A model generated the notes under the pieces. It was not told the origin of the DNA and did not search any database. It was given only the letters and a program-made list of their open reading frames with translations. This document shows, piece after piece, positions 60,418 to 64,000 of a stretch of 64,000 nucleotides of DNA. The stretch lies in NCBI GenBank assembly GCA_965230975.1, contig OZ246402.1, positions 379,819 through 443,818 of the forward strand, written 5' to 3'. This DNA comes from an uncultured Candidatus Saccharibacteria bacterium. Lineage in GTDB: Bacteria; Patescibacteriota; Dojkabacteria; J137. Position numbers and translations under genes: made by a program. How positions within the stretch are numbered: the first letter of the stretch is position 1; each line of letters starts with the position of its first letter.

Positions 60418-62172
60418 TTGATTAAACGACGTATAGATAAAATTCGAAATCTTTTAAGTAAAGAGCAGACAGAGATATTAGAAACAGCCTTGCTATTAAT
60501 GCTCCCATCTTTGTTAACCAAGCTATCTGGTTTGTTTTTTAACCTTATAGCAGCATCTTATTTTGGAACAAGGCAAGAGGGTTGGAATCAATTCTTAATT
60601 GCAAGTGCTATTCCGGAAATGTTAACAAATATTTTTTTGATTGGAACACTTGGATCTGTTGTTGTCCCAACTTTAATCTCTTGCAAAAAGAAAGAGGGTA
60701 TAGAAGAATTTAAGAAGGTTTATAACTCAGTCGTAAACTTATCAATTTTAATCTTTTCAATTATCGCCTTAATATTAATATTTACAGCAAGGCAATCGTT
60801 CCCATTTATTTTAAGTTTAGTAGAGCCAAATATAGTTATCTCTCCTCAAGATTATAATTCAATTATCAATATGATGAGGGTATTGTTTATACCTCAAGTA
60901 GTATTAGGGGCTAGCATATTTATTTCTAGTGCATTAAATGTTTATAACAGGTATTTGGTACCACAACTCGCGCCACTTTTTTATAATGTGGGAAGGATTT
61001 TAATGTTGTTCATTTTAGTTCCGCTAATGAACTACAGCCCTTGGGCTATAGTAATAGGTGTTTTTGTAGCATCATTCTTGCACCTTTTTGTTCAATTACC
61101 TTTAGTAGCACAGTTAAATTTGAGCTATATACCTGTTATTTCTTTTACAAATAAATATGTTAAAGAAATTTTAGTAGTTGGTTTGCCAAGAATTTTCGCT
61201 ATCGCTTCAGAACACATAGCATTTACTTTTAACAAATTCTTGGCATTTGGAATTACCGGTAATTTAGCGGCATTAACATATGCGAATTCATTATCTTTAG
61301 TTATTCCATCTCTATTTGGCTACACATTTGCTGTGCCAGCATTTACAGTTTTATCAGAATTTTTTGAAGAAAAAAATCATGAAAAAGCACATTCTGTAAT
61401 TATAAAAACTTTAAATGAAATGTTGTTTTTGTCTTTGCCGTTTATTATTAGCTTTTTGGTTTTAAGAGTTCCAATTGTCAGATTAGTATTTGGTATTATT
61501 CCAAAAACTAACTTTGCTTTAGAAGATACTACTTTAACCGCCTGGATCTTACTTTGGTTTACTGTAGGTCATATTTTTGTGTGTGGCAGATGGTTTATGT
61601 ACAGAGTATTTTATGCTGCAAAAGATACTAGAATTCCATTCTTGGTTTCTTTTGTAAGTCTATTCTTAACTATATTCTTATCTATAATATTTTCAAATTT
61701 ATTTAGTCATAATAAAGATTTCGCAATAAGTGCAACAGTAGTGACTTTAGAAAATTTATTGACAAGAGATACCAGTGTTGCGGCACTTGGAGGTATAGCT
61801 TTGGCCATGAGTATTGCTTATAGCATAGAGTTTTTTGCTTTAATGATTTTGTTTAGCAAAACCAAAATTAAAATTAAGTGGAGTGAATTAATTAAAACCA
61901 CTTTGCCTAAGTTTATTGCCGGTGGAGTAATGATTTTAGTAATGTACTTTATGTATAAAATTTGGAATTTTGTTGCATATGCATTACCTGTATCTGCAAC
62001 AGAAGGTTATTTAGGTTCCACTACAATCAACTTGATATTCTTAACGGTAGTAACAATGGTTACTTCCTTTATGGTTTACTACTTAGTTTCTTTGCTTTTA
62101 AGGGTAGAGGAATTAAAAATATTAAGACGATATTTAAACCCAATCTTTAGGATTGGTGGTTTAAGAATTTAA
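60418..62172 (+). CDS. murJ: Lipid II flippase MurJ (MOP superfamily)
   Basis: 584 aa. About 14 TM helices. N-terminal YFGTRQEGWNQFLIASAIPEMLTNIFLIGTLGSVVVPTL parallels the MurJ FG..D.FF.AF.IPN.L...F.EGAFS.AFVP block. Confidence 0.65.
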   Translation: MIKRRIDKIRNLLSKEQTEILETALLLMLPSLLTKLSGLFFNLIAASYFGTRQEGWNQFLIASAIPEMLTNIFLIGTLGSVVVPTLISCKKKEGIEEFKKVYNSVVNLSILIFSIIALILIFTARQSFPFILSLVEPNIVISPQDYNSIINMMRVLFIPQVVLGASIFISSALNVYNRYLVPQLAPLFYNVGRILMLFILVPLMNYSPWAIVIGVFVASFLHLFVQLPLVAQLNLSYIPVISFTNKYVKEILVVGLPRIFAIASEHIAFTFNKFLAFGITGNLAALTYANSLSLVIPSLFGYTFAVPAFTVLSEFFEEKNHEKAHSVIIKTLNEMLFLSLPFIISFLVLRVPIVRLVFGIIPKTNFALEDTTLTAWILLWFTVGHIFVCGRWFMYRVFYAAKDTRIPFLVSFVSLFLTIFLSIIFSNLFSHNKDFAISATVVTLENLLTRDTSVAALGGIALAMSIAYSIEFFALMILFSKTKIKIKWSELIKTTLPKFIAGGVMILVMYFMYKIWNFVAYALPVSATEGYLGSTTINLIFLTVVTMVTSFMVYYLVSLLLRVEELKILRRYLNPIFRIGGLRI

Positions 62173-62964
62173 TTTTTCATAAAGTACCTCCCATTGCTCA
62201 GAACTTACTTCCGAAGCTCGAGCTTTCTCTGATAGACCTATACTATTAATTATGCTTAAAATATCTTTGGTTTCCCACTTTCTAGAGCTTTTTAAATTGT
62301 TGTATAAAGTTTTTCTTGGAGATATATAAGATATTTTTAATAATTGTTCTAGTTCTGAAATATTAATGGGCAATTTATTCTTTGGTTCTATAACTAAAAT
62401 ACCTCCATTAACTTGTGGAACCGGAAAAAACTGGGATTTGGGAATAGACTCCATCTTTTTAACGCTTGCGTAAAGGTTTGTTAAGTTTGCTAATAAACTT
62501 GATTTAGGTGGTTTAGATGCGTAATCTATGGCAACTTCTTCTTGAACAATAAAAGCCATTTTTTTTACCTTATATTTTGTTTGTTCAAAATTAAATTTTA
62601 AAATTTTTAAGATTATTTTTTTTGATATGTTGTAAGGTAGGGAGCCGGTAAACTTTACATCTTGTTTAGAATTATATTTATCTAAAACTTGAGTTAAGTC
62701 TAGCTGTAAAAAATCTTCATTAACTAAATTAAAGTTTTCTTTTTCAGAAAACCTTTTTATTAACTTTGGAAGCAACGTATAGTCAACCTCTACAGATATG
62801 GTTTTACAATCTTTTTGAGTTAGTAAATTTGTAACTACCCCTTCTCCTGGGCCAATCTCTATTACAGTATCGGTTTGACTAATTGAAAGATAGCCAACCA
62901 TTTTTTCTGGGAACCGATTGCTTCTTAAAAAATTTTGTCCAAAATGCTTTTTAAATTTATGCAT
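62161..62964 (-). CDS. rsmA: 16S rRNA (adenine1518/1519-N6)-dimethyltransferase
   Basis: 267 aa. FGQNFL and VIEIGPGEGVVT motifs. Its stop overlaps the murJ 3' end. Confidence 0.85.
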   Translation of the reverse strand: MHKFKKHFGQNFLRSNRFPEKMVGYLSISQTDTVIEIGPGEGVVTNLLTQKDCKTISVEVDYTLLPKLIKRFSEKENFNLVNEDFLQLDLTQVLDKYNSKQDVKFTGSLPYNISKKIILKILKFNFEQTKYKVKKMAFIVQEEVAIDYASKPPKSSLLANLTNLYASVKKMESIPKSQFFPVPQVNGGILVIEPKNKLPINISELEQLLKISYISPRKTLYNNLKSSRKWETKDILSIINSIGLSEKARASEVSSEQWEVLYEKLNS

Positions 62965-63036
62965 ATGCTGTTTTATGATATCTTTAGTTTGCGCTTATAA
63001 AAATAATGATCTAATTTTAACAATTATATTGTAATA

Positions 63037-64000
63037 ATGCGATTGGTAATAGCAAGTGTGGTTTTAATATTAATATCTTTATTATTTGGTATAAAAACCA
63101 AAGCAATATCTACAGAATTAGATAGTTCAACTCTAAGTGTTCAAATAGGGTCTCCATCTAGGCTTACATATAACTTTAACTATTCATCTTATACCTCTCA
63201 ACAAGTAATAGAAAAAATCAGTTATAAATTCCCTTTTCAAGATATTTCAAACCTAACGGTAAGATCTAACGGTAAGGATATTAAGTACGAGTATGTAGAT
63301 GATGGCAATCAAAAAGTTTTAACTTTAATATTGAGCGCTGCTGGTAAAGAGTTTCAAATAGATCCCAAAATTGAGTTGTCTTTTACAACAAATATGGTTT
63401 TAAAAAAATATCCAAAAGGAGAGTATTTTTATTTGCCTCCATTTGTAAGTGATTACACCTTTCAAAAAATGGATTTTGATATTGATTTTTCTTATATTAA
63501 ATATTCACCCAAAGAGGTTTTTACAAATAACTATGCTGTTCAAGATACAAAAATTATAGGAAGTACAGATGGAGGTATTCTAGCTTTTTGGGAAGAGATG
63601 CAAAGCTTTAATATAATATTTCCAAATCTTACATCACAAGTTCAAGATCCTTTATTATTAAATTTACCTGTAGAAGATGATTATGAAATATATTACATAC
63701 AAAACCCAATATTTGAATTTGGTTTAGTAGATCAAATGGGAAATAGATATGGCCTAGTAAACGACGGTACAGATTTGACAACAAGTTTTTTTGCCAAAAA
63801 AAGAGATAGTGTTATTAACCCAAACCTAAACTTTAATGAATTTCAGAGTATTCAACTGGATTCTGAAATAGAAAGTATGTCTCAACTTAGTCAAATAGAT
63901 TTGCTTAAATCGTTAAACCTATATGTTATAGATAAACTATCGCCATTGCTTGTAGAAGAAACAGATTTAAATCTTTTAAAAGACTTGAATACAAGAATTG
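63037..64000 (+). CDS. Hypothetical secreted protein, 3'-truncated by window end
   Basis: Open frame from ATG 63037 to the window edge (>320 codons) with a signal-like N-terminus (MRLVIASVVLILISLLFG). Not in the ORF track because no stop lies within the window. Confidence 0.35.
   Translation, partial: MRLVIASVVLILISLLFGIKTKAISTELDSSTLSVQIGSPSRLTYNFNYSSYTSQQVIEKISYKFPFQDISNLTVRSNGKDIKYEYVDDGNQKVLTLILSAAGKEFQIDPKIELSFTTNMVLKKYPKGEYFYLPPFVSDYTFQKMDFDIDFSYIKYSPKEVFTNNYAVQDTKIIGSTDGGILAFWEEMQSFNIIFPNLTSQVQDPLLLNLPVEDDYEIYYIQNPIFEFGLVDQMGNRYGLVNDGTDLTTSFFAKKRDSVINPNLNFNEFQSIQLDSEIESMSQLSQIDLLKSLNLYVIDKLSPLLVEETDLNLLKDLNTRI

Noticed and set aside
1-64000. CRISPR arrays, rRNA genes, integrase/transposase/IS elements
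   Set aside because: No regularly spaced direct repeats with unique spacers. No rRNA-like conserved blocks. No ORF with recombinase/DDE motifs recognised.

Overview
This 64 kb window is AT-rich (roughly one-third GC by eye), gene-dense and uses the standard genetic code. Most start codons have no obvious Shine-Dalgarno sequence upstream. Housekeeping genes (tag, recX, an RluA-family pseudouridine synthase, sufB, a dihydrouridine synthase, proS, asnB, thrS, rplU-rpmA, def, cca, pnp, murJ, rsmA/ksgA) are interleaved with many lineage-specific hypothetical, secreted or membrane-anchored proteins. That mix resembles a small-genome uncultivated bacterium (Patescibacteria/CPR-like), but this is an inference only. 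I recognise three tRNAs, Leu-GAG, Asp-GUC and Leu-UAA (Leu-UAA with an imperfect acceptor stem), and an RNase P RNA from its conserved P4 and GGUAAGAGC motifs. A canonical T-box antiterminator/terminator lies upstream of proS. Three strong stem-loop terminators are visible. I see no rRNA, CRISPR array, integrase or transposase. The most distinctive region is the ~19 kb between tRNA-Asp (33.3 kb) and tRNA-Leu-UAA (52.5 kb). It holds two sigma-like or HTH paralogues, a complete copper homeostasis module, a ZIP transporter and radC. It also holds a 1910-aa low-complexity, coiled-coil giant protein that is translationally coupled to a small upstream ORF, and an orphan PrgI-family (type IV secretion-like) protein. 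Beyond tRNA-Leu-UAA are iteron-like direct repeats and palindromes in front of a ribbon-helix-helix-like gene. Other items of note: a surface-protein operon with a BNR/Asp-box beta-propeller protein, cysteine-rich tail-anchored secreted proteins, two-gene hypothetical cassettes between aminoacyl-tRNA synthetase genes, and a recurring CTGTAAG-N4-TTGTAAGA motif upstream of three unrelated genes.
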